A stretch of 64,000 nt of DNA from a virus. Its lineage: Duplodnaviria; Caudoviricetes. Positions 37,801 to 47,418 of the stretch are shown here, piece after piece. The position numbers and the translations under genes are program-made. Below the pieces are notes generated by a model that had not been told where the DNA came from, made no database searches, and saw nothing but the letters and a program-made list of their open reading frames with translations. The number at the start of each line of letters is the position of its first letter. Position 1 is the stretch's first letter. The stretch spans positions 609,115 to 673,114 of the IMG/VR virus record IMGVR_UViG_3300021431_000075, one strand, 5' to 3'.

Positions 37801-40053
37801 TTCAGCGCGTCAAAGTTCATCATCATCGGCGACAAGCTATATACAAGCGGAACAGACGAATCGACATCGGTTGTCAGGGTGATAGACCTGTTCAAGGGTT
37901 CTCTCACAGCAGCGACAGACATAAGACTTGAAGTGTGCGACTCCAACTGCAAGCAGACGTTCGACTTCATTAAGAACATCCCGCAGCACAAGTCGAGGAA
38001 CTTCTACATCAACTCTGACGAGTCAAGGCAACTGAACATATCAATCGTTCCGCAGTCGAACTGCATATGGGAATCGAACGGTCAGTACTTCGACGGAAAC
38101 AACTCGCTCAATGTCGATGACATGGTATCAAACGTTCCATACAAGATGAACGGATACTTCATCGAGCATGGTTTCTCGCAGAGCGGTTCCGTGAACCAGA
38201 ACATGTTCATCAAGAACTCTCTGGACACGTTCATGAAAATCGGAACAGAATATCACAACTTCAGAAAGATAATCAACAACAACTTGATTAAGAATCCTTT
38301 GAAGAACCTGCTCATACAGAACACGAACATCAGTCCGGCAATCGGTTACTACAACTCGTTCGTCCAGTCGCTTGAGTTCATATTCTACGGAATCAAGTTC
38401 AACATCAAGTTCAACAGCGAGTACTACAACCAGAACCTGCGCATCGGCGAATACAATAACTTCGAGGTGTTTGTCATCAATGACTATGACATCAACAAGA
38501 ACAATGAAATCGTCATATCGGCAGACGAGGAAATCATCATCATCGTCAACCACAAGTTCAACCTGTACGGAGACGATGCAAGATACTCTCAAGTCAAGAT
38601 GATTTCGGAAACCAACATTTCCGCAACCGCTCCGTACTCTGCTACACAGGCTCCGTACTCTCTCAAGACAGAGAGCGTGTTCACGATGCCGGGTCTTGAC
38701 AACACAAGAAAGAACTTCTTGGCTGCAAAGTCCGGAACCGGAACAGTCAACAAGTCGCAGAACACCGCTTATGTTCAAATAGACAAGGTCTCTACCGAAT
38801 ATGTCAACAACATGAGCGTAAAGCCGAGCTACTTGTACTTCGAGACACCGGATTATGAAGATGACAACTCGATTGCTATCAACAGAGGCACTACATATAT
38901 GTTAGACTCGTCAGTCGTTTCAGCGGGCAATGAAGAATCATATGGCATCAAGAAGTTCCCTGTGGACTATGAAGATATCGACTTGCTGTCCCAAAAGCAC
39001 AGGAAAACAGAATCTTTCATCATCAACAACAAGGAAACATCCGACTATACAGCGGTTGACGCTTCCAAAATGATAGGAAAATTCATCGCTTCGTTCGACG
39101 ACAACTACGACTGCTATGTAATCTCGAACGGAAAATGCGAGAACATCCACATAACCAAGACGTACAAGCCTATTACGGTCAGCCTGAGCATTCCGAACCA
39201 AATTAAGTACAACTTCGGCTACTTCACTCCGAGAACATACGACATCATCAATTTCAAGACAAACGACCATGAAGTTGCCGGAGCGATAAACATGTCCATG
39301 CTTCTCGGAAACACGAAAGTTGATTCTGTCAACAAAATCAAGTGCTATACCGGAAACAAGGTGTTTGACACGAAGATAGAGACAAGCATCGACAAGAACT
39401 ACTTCATCAATGCATACAAGTCTCCGTTCGCGTCGAATTGGGACAAAGACTACTACCGCAAGTACAACATAGAAAGCCAAGACAGTTATACAGGTCTCAA
39501 CGGTTACCTTCCGGGAATCGAGGACAAGTCGTTCTTCGGCTCGAAGTGCATGACGCTGAAAACCAACTTCATAAAGATAAGCGACTTCACAGACAGAAAA
39601 GCGAACAAGGGCGACATAGTCCGTGTTGACAGCCAGCACAACATACTTTCGGAAAACGAGAACCAGTACCGTTTCATAATAAATATAACACAGGCTCTAT
39701 ACACTCTGTTCCAGAGCAATACGACATTCACTTCCAACTGGATTGGATTCACAAGCGGCGTAGATACGTCAATCAAGAACTATATAAAGAGCACGATTTC
39801 AGAAATTTTCAACAATCAGAGAAAGTGCGATGTCGTCATCGAATGCATCAATGACAATGAAAACGAGCAGATGAGAATCTCATACAGCCCGTTCGACACA
39901 GATAACGAGAATGTATTCACAGTGGATAACTTCCACACGGAGGCATCCATCGAAAACGAAGACTATCTGATAACTGTCACAATCAGAGAGATGAAACACA
40001 CGGTAATCCATCCATATGTGAAGATATACAGATATGTTCAACCGACGAAATGA
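34846..40053 (+). CDS. Very large putative virion (baseplate) protein
   Basis: ~1735 aa from MSEIK; late motif AATAAATA at 34760. Confidence 0.65.
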   Translation: MSEIKCILTLEKRTLVVDFTSLFGKDAQFGNTLSITVDSTTNEMFNQYVNGSEDGTVKSHLFINGVRFSDLNGSDNTRTIDYPSDTQRHIATVSIEPDSIYFAEGDLTLSFGSEYTVKVNISDNDTQTIESRSFTANQLDMTLETYMLVRTNPKLSGNIKLVVDSKYRLYLDTIKDSGSSMLNDRVYRKYPISSEGNYPFDVMTVFSSLPKSELFKLPKDSLNPHKNFNDYKNQFFTNYEYGAETNTDNLYPENMKILAPIHIGKTIPDFFTIFRYDGTFNEETYGSVDINDTEKLISLLKESEVVKIFDLRTYTPIGQYLNNYKKYIKDFLYGSCHLQFIEQDNEKYGQNYRQGNNSWRGIAIDKGIITNKIETSYFGNNILTSELGVQERFDEYIINGYERNNILYPYIINLEFMFNDEKTEEYSMHRYFGLYLSSNSFLNYDCIVTDNHKGNNVVHKYDKNDNEIYDAGIIDSIFNKKFADRIFFMTTNNDATRIQSNDDVKKFISNYVIDNPDKNICNVRADKVDWEDEDKSFITLNFTEPIEYGEHLRIVALDYYNEIEKKFQNICLEIIASNDARLISTDYNISPYIYTNEPLINKVQENQTENNIYRLSFYTQDLADASKPASLQEQLSRIRHCIDKFDMFAKVESMNENTIGISSMHDKTFFQHIAKMNKYPEPAYEKFYIKDDKLYYTGEQSIENNQSSYIIDIRDALGCECEHIGQDNSEIHSGNTVNNVFYSKDNDIENSKIATYVEYKSNEVKDTIRYFSKTFDSLMHPLSPDSYYYYSKFATFSTFSFDVLGWRYSNIVEFKKISDFKHPYVIYDDIESILKVVRHPLTKCITGQFETMNKIGINTGYLTDNPLVLIGNDTMTQKLKFTESEYNLIVCPYNVDKTVIDFAIEPLLVNYMLGLYNPESADLCIMGIFNVKDMDLTIDMNQSVNITSSDQMFIKAGDTVYTNNRNDDRILHNIVYKIDSGSFNEFSASKFIIIGDKLYTSGTDESTSVVRVIDLFKGSLTAATDIRLEVCDSNCKQTFDFIKNIPQHKSRNFYINSDESRQLNISIVPQSNCIWESNGQYFDGNNSLNVDDMVSNVPYKMNGYFIEHGFSQSGSVNQNMFIKNSLDTFMKIGTEYHNFRKIINNNLIKNPLKNLLIQNTNISPAIGYYNSFVQSLEFIFYGIKFNIKFNSEYYNQNLRIGEYNNFEVFVINDYDINKNNEIVISADEEIIIIVNHKFNLYGDDARYSQVKMISETNISATAPYSATQAPYSLKTESVFTMPGLDNTRKNFLAAKSGTGTVNKSQNTAYVQIDKVSTEYVNNMSVKPSYLYFETPDYEDDNSIAINRGTTYMLDSSVVSAGNEESYGIKKFPVDYEDIDLLSQKHRKTESFIINNKETSDYTAVDASKMIGKFIASFDDNYDCYVISNGKCENIHITKTYKPITVSLSIPNQIKYNFGYFTPRTYDIINFKTNDHEVAGAINMSMLLGNTKVDSVNKIKCYTGNKVFDTKIETSIDKNYFINAYKSPFASNWDKDYYRKYNIESQDSYTGLNGYLPGIEDKSFFGSKCMTLKTNFIKISDFTDRKANKGDIVRVDSQHNILSENENQYRFIINITQALYTLFQSNTTFTSNWIGFTSGVDTSIKNYIKSTISEIFNNQRKCDVVIECINDNENEQMRISYSPFDTDNENVFTVDNFHTEASIENEDYLITVTIREMKHTVIHPYVKIYRYVQPTK

Positions 40054-40088
40054 CAAAACAAAAAACAGGAAACCATTAGTTCTACCAT

Positions 40089-41159
40089 ATGAGCAAGTTA
40101 GGTTCAGAAAAGTTCTCAAACAATGAATACGCGCCGGGTATCGCGCTATACGGCATTGACGGCAATGACGGCAAAAGCGGAACGAACGGAAACACTCTGT
40201 TCGTATGCCAGTTTGACAGAACGACAAAGGCGGGTCTTTCAGAATTCGGAAACGCGGTTCTCCATTCATTGAGCATGGATATCGGCAAGGAAACAAGGAT
40301 TCCGAGGCCGTACATAAACGAAGACACCGTCCTGTTTCCGGACTGCACCATATGGAAGATAAAGGACATAGACGGTCTCAAGACAGCGGCAGCATCCGAA
40401 CAGATTACGACAGAAGAGCAGTTCATGAAGTACATGGAACTTGTCGGCTCTGTCACTGTCAATTCTGTTGACACCGGCATGTCAACATCCGGAAACAGGC
40501 TTGTTCTTGACACTACCAACTACATGGGCTTTGTCATCAACAAGTCGAACATGGCTTCAAACCTGCTTCCCACGGCTCCGTTGAGCATCATATCAGACGA
40601 TAGCGGAACCGCTGACAAGATTTCATTCCTTTCGTTGAAAAGCGTATATTCCGGAGAGACGCAAGCCACGATGGAGATATACTATGACAAGAACACGGAT
40701 GCATACCACATCGACTCTGACAAGCCGATTCTCATCGACGCTGACTTGCAAGTGACATCAGGAGAAACAGAGAACTACAGCGAGTACTCGAAAATCATCA
40801 CATCCGAGAACTCCCTGACTCACTTCTGCGCATTGTGCAACAACATAACATGGACTCTTGAAGAGTTCACAAGACAAGAAACGACTGTTGAATCGACGAC
40901 AATAGACGTGAATGTTGTCAAGATAACAATCAATAATAACAACACGTCGGACAAGGATGAACTCGACGACACGTTCATCCACGTGTACGGATACAGCATA
41001 TTCAATCCGGACAGACTCCGTGACTGCTACGGGAAGTTCCACGGATTGAACAGCACAGAAGTTGAAATCGAACTTGAGCAGGGAGCGCATTTTGACGACT
41101 ATGAATGGAAGGTCTCGATTGTCGGCAACATCGAGGTTTTCATCAAAAAAGCAGAATAA
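40089..41159 (+). CDS. Putative virion protein with short N-terminal Gly-x-x motif
   Basis: PGIALYGIDGNDGKSGTNGN. Confidence 0.6.
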   Translation: MSKLGSEKFSNNEYAPGIALYGIDGNDGKSGTNGNTLFVCQFDRTTKAGLSEFGNAVLHSLSMDIGKETRIPRPYINEDTVLFPDCTIWKIKDIDGLKTAAASEQITTEEQFMKYMELVGSVTVNSVDTGMSTSGNRLVLDTTNYMGFVINKSNMASNLLPTAPLSIISDDSGTADKISFLSLKSVYSGETQATMEIYYDKNTDAYHIDSDKPILIDADLQVTSGETENYSEYSKIITSENSLTHFCALCNNITWTLEEFTRQETTVESTTIDVNVVKITINNNNTSDKDELDDTFIHVYGYSIFNPDRLRDCYGKFHGLNSTEVEIELEQGAHFDDYEWKVSIVGNIEVFIKKAE

Positions 41160-41162
41160 CGG

Positions 41163-44100
41163 ATGAAAAACATATATCAAAAGCATCACGGACTTCCCGG
41201 AATCCCTCAGTTTTCAGGCGAATCCGGTTCCAACGGAGAGAATGGAAGAAATGTATATTTCGGATATGTCAACGACTTCTTCGACAGCATCGAGATTTCT
41301 GTTGACAACATCGTCCGCTATGCCCAGACATCAACCAACGATCCGTCTGCATACTATACCGGTCTGTTCAATATCGACTTGGCATCCGGAGATGTAATTT
41401 CAGATGTTTCCGACTATCTCAAGGGAGAGCACGTGACCATGCCAGACCCAAGCACGACCGTGATAACAAACGATTCATCAACTAATGTTTTCTTCGACCT
41501 GTATTCAGAAAAGATTGCTCCGTACAATTCAAGATACAGTTATGCATATGATAACGGAAACGAGAAAATATCTCTCCTGTATGCAAAAGTAGATACAACA
41601 ACCTCAGGTTGGAACAAGCAACATTCAGCAAGCAGCACAGACAAGCAGTGGAGAATGTGGTCTCTCCAGCAGGACGGTTCAACAGACACGTCAATTTATC
41701 CGGACCTAAGATACAACGGCGTGGACCCGGCAAATATTATTGACCTGAAGCCGAACCTGACCGGACTCGGCGGAATCAACGGTTATCCTCTGTTCACGAC
41801 AATAATCAACAACAGGAACTTCGCATATTTCGCGCCGTGGAAACTAATAGACAGCAGTCTTGGAACCGATGACTGGAAGAACAGTCCGTACTCGTACAAT
41901 GACAGACTTTATGCATCATTCACACAACCGTTAAGCACGAACAGAACGATTGATGACATAATCGAAACATACAAGTCATCATCGCAAAGCAAGCGAGGCG
42001 TAGTCGACTATGTGAAATATGCAAAGAAAGCCGTTGATACGATTCCTGTATCGGACAGACTCAACAGCAACATCAAAGACGGAGATGTCATATACTTCTA
42101 CACGAACAAGGACATGTTCGAGATTGACAATGTCGTCGAGCATATGGTGGTCATCACGAAAGACCTTGAAAACTGCACGCTTGACGAACTTATCGAGCAT
42201 TCCACCATCGCTAATCCGCTCTCGTTCAAGTACGTGTTCACGAACGACTACAACGGCGACTCGTTCCTTGAGACGAACTCGCAGGCAACAGCAGTCTATG
42301 TCAAGAGCATCGACGGTCAGCCGCTTGACCCGTACAACGGAAAGAACTTCACGAACGCGATTTCGAATTCAGCAGACAGCATCATCAACATCGGAATCCT
42401 TGACAACACAGACGAGATGTCGAACATCGTATTAAGAACAGCAGATTCATCTCTCACGTTCGGATCGAGATTTGAAGAATTCGACACACCAACGATTGAT
42501 GGCGCTGATGCAAGCGCTTTCAGCGAAATCAATGTGATTTCAACCAGAAAATCAGATGAACGGTCAATTCTCAAGATTTCAAACTTGTGTGTAAAGAAGT
42601 TCAATAACGGAAACATCGAGACGGCAGACTGCATCCTTGACCAGAACATCAAGTTCTTTGCAGACGGCTTCTGCTACACGCTTGACGAGGATGACTACAA
42701 TCCGGCAACGAAATCCTTCAAGATAGACAAAGAGAAAGTGTTCAACACATCCGACACTTCGCAATATCTGTCCGGTGCGACTGTCATTTCATTCGACAAA
42801 ACGATTGTTGACTTGTCAAACAAGGACAAACCGTTCCCGCTTGCGAACTTCTATGACTATTCGAAAATCACATATTTCATAGACAGAGATAACATTCCAT
42901 TGACAGAGAAGTTTGGAGACAACACCGCGCATATCATACTGTTCTGGGTCACTGCGCTTGACGGCATCAAGCACTACAGCCATCAGACATATGCGGAATA
43001 CAATGCAGAAAAGTCAAACTATGACATTTCGATTATAGAATACAACGGCTCTACATTCATCGAGCAAGACAACAGCACGAACGACCCTGACACGATATTC
43101 ATATGCGACGGACTTTCTGCAAACGAGTCATCATGCAACTTTGACATTTATGTTCCAAGCACGGCAGAGAACGTGAAGATATATGTCAACTCGAAGCCGG
43201 TATATGAGGATGTAAACTACTCTAACTCTTGGTTCGAATGCATATTCAGAAATTCAAGCACAGTCAGCGACGGAACATATAAAGATATGCAAAGATTCTC
43301 GATGACTGTCAAGACACAGAACAACATACCGCAAATCGCATCAGAAGAACCGATAACATCAGCAAGCACTCTGTTCGCGAATCCGGGAAACAGCAACGAG
43401 AGCTACGGATGCGACCTGTTCAACATGCAACTGAATGGTCAGGTCATCTCAACGAAAGACCGTTCTGTGCAGGTCACAGTCAAGTACAAGAACGGCTCAA
43501 AGGCAAAGACTGCATTCTACCAGCTGACACAGCCGGGTTTCATAGACAACAGAAAGATGCCGTCTGTGAAACTCACGCTCAACAAGGACCTTGAATCCCT
43601 TGAAAACTCAAACAAGATTGAAAACGGCGTCCTTTGCAACCAGTTCCAGTTCTTTGTCGATATAGACATCGACGACTTCTCAAGCGACATCTGGGGTTCG
43701 TTCGTTCCGGAAGACAGCATCTCTCTCAACCTTGACATAGCGAATATACCAACTGACTATGACTTCGTTGACAAGTACGGCATCCAAGCGGCAGTAGAGA
43801 CTTGCTCGTTCAACGCATGGCCTGTTGATGCATCAAACGACATTCCGTTCAAGTCAAACTACGTGTCCATCAATTCATATCTTGTTAACAATGACATATC
43901 AGATCCTTACGGAAAGACACAGAAAGAGCTTGCAGAAAGCCATATCGCGGCAACAGCCAGCAACAACAGCACGCTTGATGCCGTAAAGAATCCGACAACA
44001 GATGTAAGCATCAATGCAGAATATGATGCAGTAATTCTAAACAAGGATGTATTCGGAAACAACTTCACAAGAAACAAGGGAATCCAGTACGGTCAAACAA

Positions 44101-45530
44101 TCAAATTGAGGAACATCCACTTCTCCGACATCCAGAACGGAAAATACAGGTTCAGGGTAATAGCCGAGATTGGAAACCCGATATTCTCCAGACTGTATTT
44201 CAGATACTATGTTGCAAACATGTGGATTTCATACAAGGTTTCTGAATCTGACGAGAGAAAGTTCTATGTAGGAACGTACAATCTTGCAAAAATCAACACG
44301 ATTGGACGATACCAGACATATGACTACATGTTCTCTACGAAAACTCTCAATGCGGTCATTTGCCCTGTATCATTCGTAGCTTGTCCGTTCGACTCGTCAG
44401 TCGGTCCGATAGAAGACAAGGCAAGACTCGCCGGCTCCGACAAGCAGATCAATATGAGAATTGACGCATATACGCAGGATGTGTCTTATATTCCGAAAGA
44501 CGGTTCACAGTCAAGCGGAGCCATGACAAGATATGATGACATGAACGATACCGAGAAAGTTGAGTATGTCATCAGAAACCAGTCGATTCCGTGGTTCAAC
44601 TTCAGTCTGAAGAAGCGTTACATGCAAGACAACGTGAAAAGCATAACGGTCCAGCCTATACATATCGCTACATTGAAAGACAAGATAGGAAACAAGATTA
44701 TCGACAAGTGCCTCACAGTCAATCCGGACAAGTACACATCGACGACCAACAAGAACACTTATCTTTCAGTGGTTTACAACGCTAACATGTACAACCAGAG
44801 AAAGCAGATGCGAAACGACGTATTCTCTTTCTTCTATAACGGTTCCGAACTTGAATCTGACAGATACTCGCAGTTTGCATACAGTTCGCCGGTGTTCCTG
44901 AAAGAAGAGGTGTCATTCGACATCAGAACGAACAGCATCATAAACTCCATGTACGACTGGAACTATGAATACGAACTGTACGGAAAACATACAGACTCTG
45001 TATTCAACGGTCATCTATCAACATTCGGAAACGGCTATAACTATGTAGAAAGCGATTCAGACACAAGTCAATACGAATCAAGCCTTGATGAACTGAAGTC
45101 ATACAACGAGAACAAGATAGAGTTCCCATATGAGCGAAACATATCAGTCATCTCTGCATCATCGCCATTCAGACCGCAAGTCGGATACTGGTTCAGAACA
45201 TTGCTTTACCAGTTGAAGTGGCAGTATCCTAAATACTACACAGACGACGAACAGAACGAGAAAGTAGACGCGTTCGACATCGTGGACAACGGAACATACA
45301 TCACTGCAAGCAATAACGAATATATGATTCCGTACAACATAACGCATAGCATATATCCGAGATGTGCATATGATGACGAGCATGATACGGCAATCGTTTT
45401 CATGCTGAGGTGCCCGAGCATCGTCAAGGAGAACCAGTACAAGCTTGAAAGTTCAGACATTCTATACAACCACGAAGAAAGTGATTACAATGCAAACCAG
45501 TTACCGAACAATAACTTAAATGTTTTATAA
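41163..45530 (+). CDS. Very large putative virion protein with the same N-terminal Gly-x-x motif
   Basis: 1455 aa; PGIPQFSGESGSNGENGRN. Confidence 0.65.
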   Translation: MKNIYQKHHGLPGIPQFSGESGSNGENGRNVYFGYVNDFFDSIEISVDNIVRYAQTSTNDPSAYYTGLFNIDLASGDVISDVSDYLKGEHVTMPDPSTTVITNDSSTNVFFDLYSEKIAPYNSRYSYAYDNGNEKISLLYAKVDTTTSGWNKQHSASSTDKQWRMWSLQQDGSTDTSIYPDLRYNGVDPANIIDLKPNLTGLGGINGYPLFTTIINNRNFAYFAPWKLIDSSLGTDDWKNSPYSYNDRLYASFTQPLSTNRTIDDIIETYKSSSQSKRGVVDYVKYAKKAVDTIPVSDRLNSNIKDGDVIYFYTNKDMFEIDNVVEHMVVITKDLENCTLDELIEHSTIANPLSFKYVFTNDYNGDSFLETNSQATAVYVKSIDGQPLDPYNGKNFTNAISNSADSIINIGILDNTDEMSNIVLRTADSSLTFGSRFEEFDTPTIDGADASAFSEINVISTRKSDERSILKISNLCVKKFNNGNIETADCILDQNIKFFADGFCYTLDEDDYNPATKSFKIDKEKVFNTSDTSQYLSGATVISFDKTIVDLSNKDKPFPLANFYDYSKITYFIDRDNIPLTEKFGDNTAHIILFWVTALDGIKHYSHQTYAEYNAEKSNYDISIIEYNGSTFIEQDNSTNDPDTIFICDGLSANESSCNFDIYVPSTAENVKIYVNSKPVYEDVNYSNSWFECIFRNSSTVSDGTYKDMQRFSMTVKTQNNIPQIASEEPITSASTLFANPGNSNESYGCDLFNMQLNGQVISTKDRSVQVTVKYKNGSKAKTAFYQLTQPGFIDNRKMPSVKLTLNKDLESLENSNKIENGVLCNQFQFFVDIDIDDFSSDIWGSFVPEDSISLNLDIANIPTDYDFVDKYGIQAAVETCSFNAWPVDASNDIPFKSNYVSINSYLVNNDISDPYGKTQKELAESHIAATASNNSTLDAVKNPTTDVSINAEYDAVILNKDVFGNNFTRNKGIQYGQTIKLRNIHFSDIQNGKYRFRVIAEIGNPIFSRLYFRYYVANMWISYKVSESDERKFYVGTYNLAKINTIGRYQTYDYMFSTKTLNAVICPVSFVACPFDSSVGPIEDKARLAGSDKQINMRIDAYTQDVSYIPKDGSQSSGAMTRYDDMNDTEKVEYVIRNQSIPWFNFSLKKRYMQDNVKSITVQPIHIATLKDKIGNKIIDKCLTVNPDKYTSTTNKNTYLSVVYNANMYNQRKQMRNDVFSFFYNGSELESDRYSQFAYSSPVFLKEEVSFDIRTNSIINSMYDWNYEYELYGKHTDSVFNGHLSTFGNGYNYVESDSDTSQYESSLDELKSYNENKIEFPYERNISVISASSPFRPQVGYWFRTLLYQLKWQYPKYYTDDEQNEKVDAFDIVDNGTYITASNNEYMIPYNITHSIYPRCAYDDEHDTAIVFMLRCPSIVKENQYKLESSDILYNHEESDYNANQLPNNNLNVL

Positions 45531-45545
45531 TGAATTAAAATGACA

Positions 45546-45583
45546 GAGAAACCGCATATCATAATTGATTTGCGGTTTTCTTT
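45546..45583. terminator. Bidirectional terminator
   Basis: AGAAAACCGCA/TGCGGTTTTCT between convergent genes. Confidence 0.8.
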
Positions 45584-45593
45584 TTGATTTTAA

Positions 45594-46043
45594 TTACTTA
45601 AAACAATCAAAGAAATAATGGATGTCTTGTTCTACCAAATAAACAAACGCTATTCTCTGGTACTCGTTTATGCCGAACACTATTCGACTGAAATCATCCG
45701 CTTCATCTGCTATTGCAATGACTTCATATAACTTTTTGAAAGTTTTTGGAAGTCTGTGTTCTCCGTCTTTAACATCAATGGTTCTAATTGCATCATGTCC
45801 ATTGATGATGCTGCAACTATCAACAAAGTTCCCCATCGTCGTTGCATCTCCAAAAACAGAATTAACTACATTGCGGTCGTTGCATTTTCCAAAATATCTC
45901 CATGTCAGCAGTTTTGGAAGTTTTTTCATATATTTTGAAAAAGTTCCACAATCAACAGGAATCTCATCAAGCAACGAATCATTTTCAAAAAGTTGTTTTC
46001 TTGCAATAACCAATGCTTCTCTTATAATTTGTTTGTCTGACAT
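45594..46043 (-). CDS. Hypothetical late protein
   Basis: 149 aa; extended late promoter at 46060-46076. Confidence 0.7.
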   Translation of the reverse strand: MSDKQIIREALVIARKQLFENDSLLDEIPVDCGTFSKYMKKLPKLLTWRYFGKCNDRNVVNSVFGDATTMGNFVDSCSIINGHDAIRTIDVKDGEHRLPKTFKKLYEVIAIADEADDFSRIVFGINEYQRIAFVYLVEQDIHYFFDCFK

Positions 46044-46219
46044 AAATCTTTTTCAAGTCATTATAAGATATTTATTATAATTTCAAAAAAAATTCATTTT
46101 CAGAACTATCTAATAATGAGTATTTTATATAATTTTTACAAAAAATTTACATAAATTTACACAAAAACTGAAAATTTTATTGATAAATAACAAACAAAAA
46201 GAAATCATAAGACAATTCT

Positions 46220-46837
46220 ATGCCCAGATACTGCAAACTGTCAGACTATGCAAAGAAATACGGAGTCACATACAGGACCGCTTTCAACAGGTTCAATGCA
46301 GGAAAGATAGAAGGAGCAATAAGAGACAAAACTGGACACATTTGCGTTCCCATCGACTACATCCAGAATGCATCATCAACGAATGTGGTCATATATGCCA
46401 CTGCTCTTTCAAACAAGGAAGAACACATCAGGAAACTGAACGAGCAGATAAGCACCATCAAGAAATACTGCAATGCAAAGGGATATCATGTCACCAAGAT
46501 TGTAACAGAGTTCGCATCTTCCATCACAGCAAGCCATCCAAAACTTATCGAACTGATGAAAGACAACTCTTGCAAGCATATCGTCATCGACAATCCGGCA
46601 ACAGTCTCCCGTTTCAGTTTCGACATCATCAGAGAACTGTTCGAATCATGCGGAAAGGAAATCGAGGCGATGAACACCGAAGACTATGACAAAAACGCAC
46701 TTCGCGAAGACTTTGTCAAGGTCATCTACAATGTCTGCAAGACTCTCAACAACCAGAAGATTCCGAAGAAGAACATAATGAAACTAATCGACAATCTATC
46801 ATTAAGCACAGAAGAAAGCAAATTGAGCGCATCATAA
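46220..46837 (+). CDS. IS607-family TnpA-like protein (HTH + serine recombinase fold), catalytically degenerate
   Basis: KLSDYAKKYGVTYRTAFNRFNAGKI HTH; canonical YARVS is YATAL and DRLxRF is ATVSRF; no tnpB downstream. Confidence 0.8.
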   Translation: MPRYCKLSDYAKKYGVTYRTAFNRFNAGKIEGAIRDKTGHICVPIDYIQNASSTNVVIYATALSNKEEHIRKLNEQISTIKKYCNAKGYHVTKIVTEFASSITASHPKLIELMKDNSCKHIVIDNPATVSRFSFDIIRELFESCGKEIEAMNTEDYDKNALREDFVKVIYNVCKTLNNQKIPKKNIMKLIDNLSLSTEESKLSAS

Positions 46838-46844
46838 TAAAGAA

Positions 46845-47384
46845 ATGAACATAAGCATTATCGTGGCGATAGCGAATAACTATGCTATCGGAAAGAACAA
46901 TGAACTAATATATCATCTCTCGAACGATATGAAAAAGTTCAAGTTCCTGACACAAGGAAACACTGTCATAATGGGCAGGAAAACATTCGAATCGCTTCCG
47001 AAAGGCGCGCTGCCGTACAGAAGGAACATCGTTCTCACAAAGCATCCAGAAACACTTGCAGACGTGCCGAACATCGACATATTCACATCTCTTGAAGAAG
47101 CATTAAAAGACTGCAAGGATAGGTTCGACAAGAAACTAAACTATTCGGATGAAGTTTTCATCATCGGCGGAAGTTCCGTCTATGACGAAGCGATCAGCAT
47201 AGCAGACAAGATGTTCATCACAAAAGTGCATGACACTCCGGAAGATGCGGACACTTTCTTTCCCGAATTCGACTTGAACGACTGGCACCAAACATCAATC
47301 GAGAAGTTCGATGCAGATGACAAGAACAAGTTTCCTTACGACTTCATAGAACTTGAACGAAACGAGAAAAAGCCGATTTTTTGA
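46845..47384 (+). CDS. folA: Dihydrofolate reductase
   Basis: IIVA..IGKNN, MGRKTFESLP, LPYRRNIVLT, IIGG and DTFFP. Confidence 0.97.
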   Translation: MNISIIVAIANNYAIGKNNELIYHLSNDMKKFKFLTQGNTVIMGRKTFESLPKGALPYRRNIVLTKHPETLADVPNIDIFTSLEEALKDCKDRFDKKLNYSDEVFIIGGSSVYDEAISIADKMFITKVHDTPEDADTFFPEFDLNDWHQTSIEKFDADDKNKFPYDFIELERNEKKPIF

Positions 47385-47418
47385 TAAATAAAATATATTC
47401 TATTCGGAAAAACAGCAC

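Noticed and set aside
46220-46837. Active IS607 transposon
   Set aside because: Catalytic residues are missing, there is no tnpB and no right end; DHFR follows after 7 bp.
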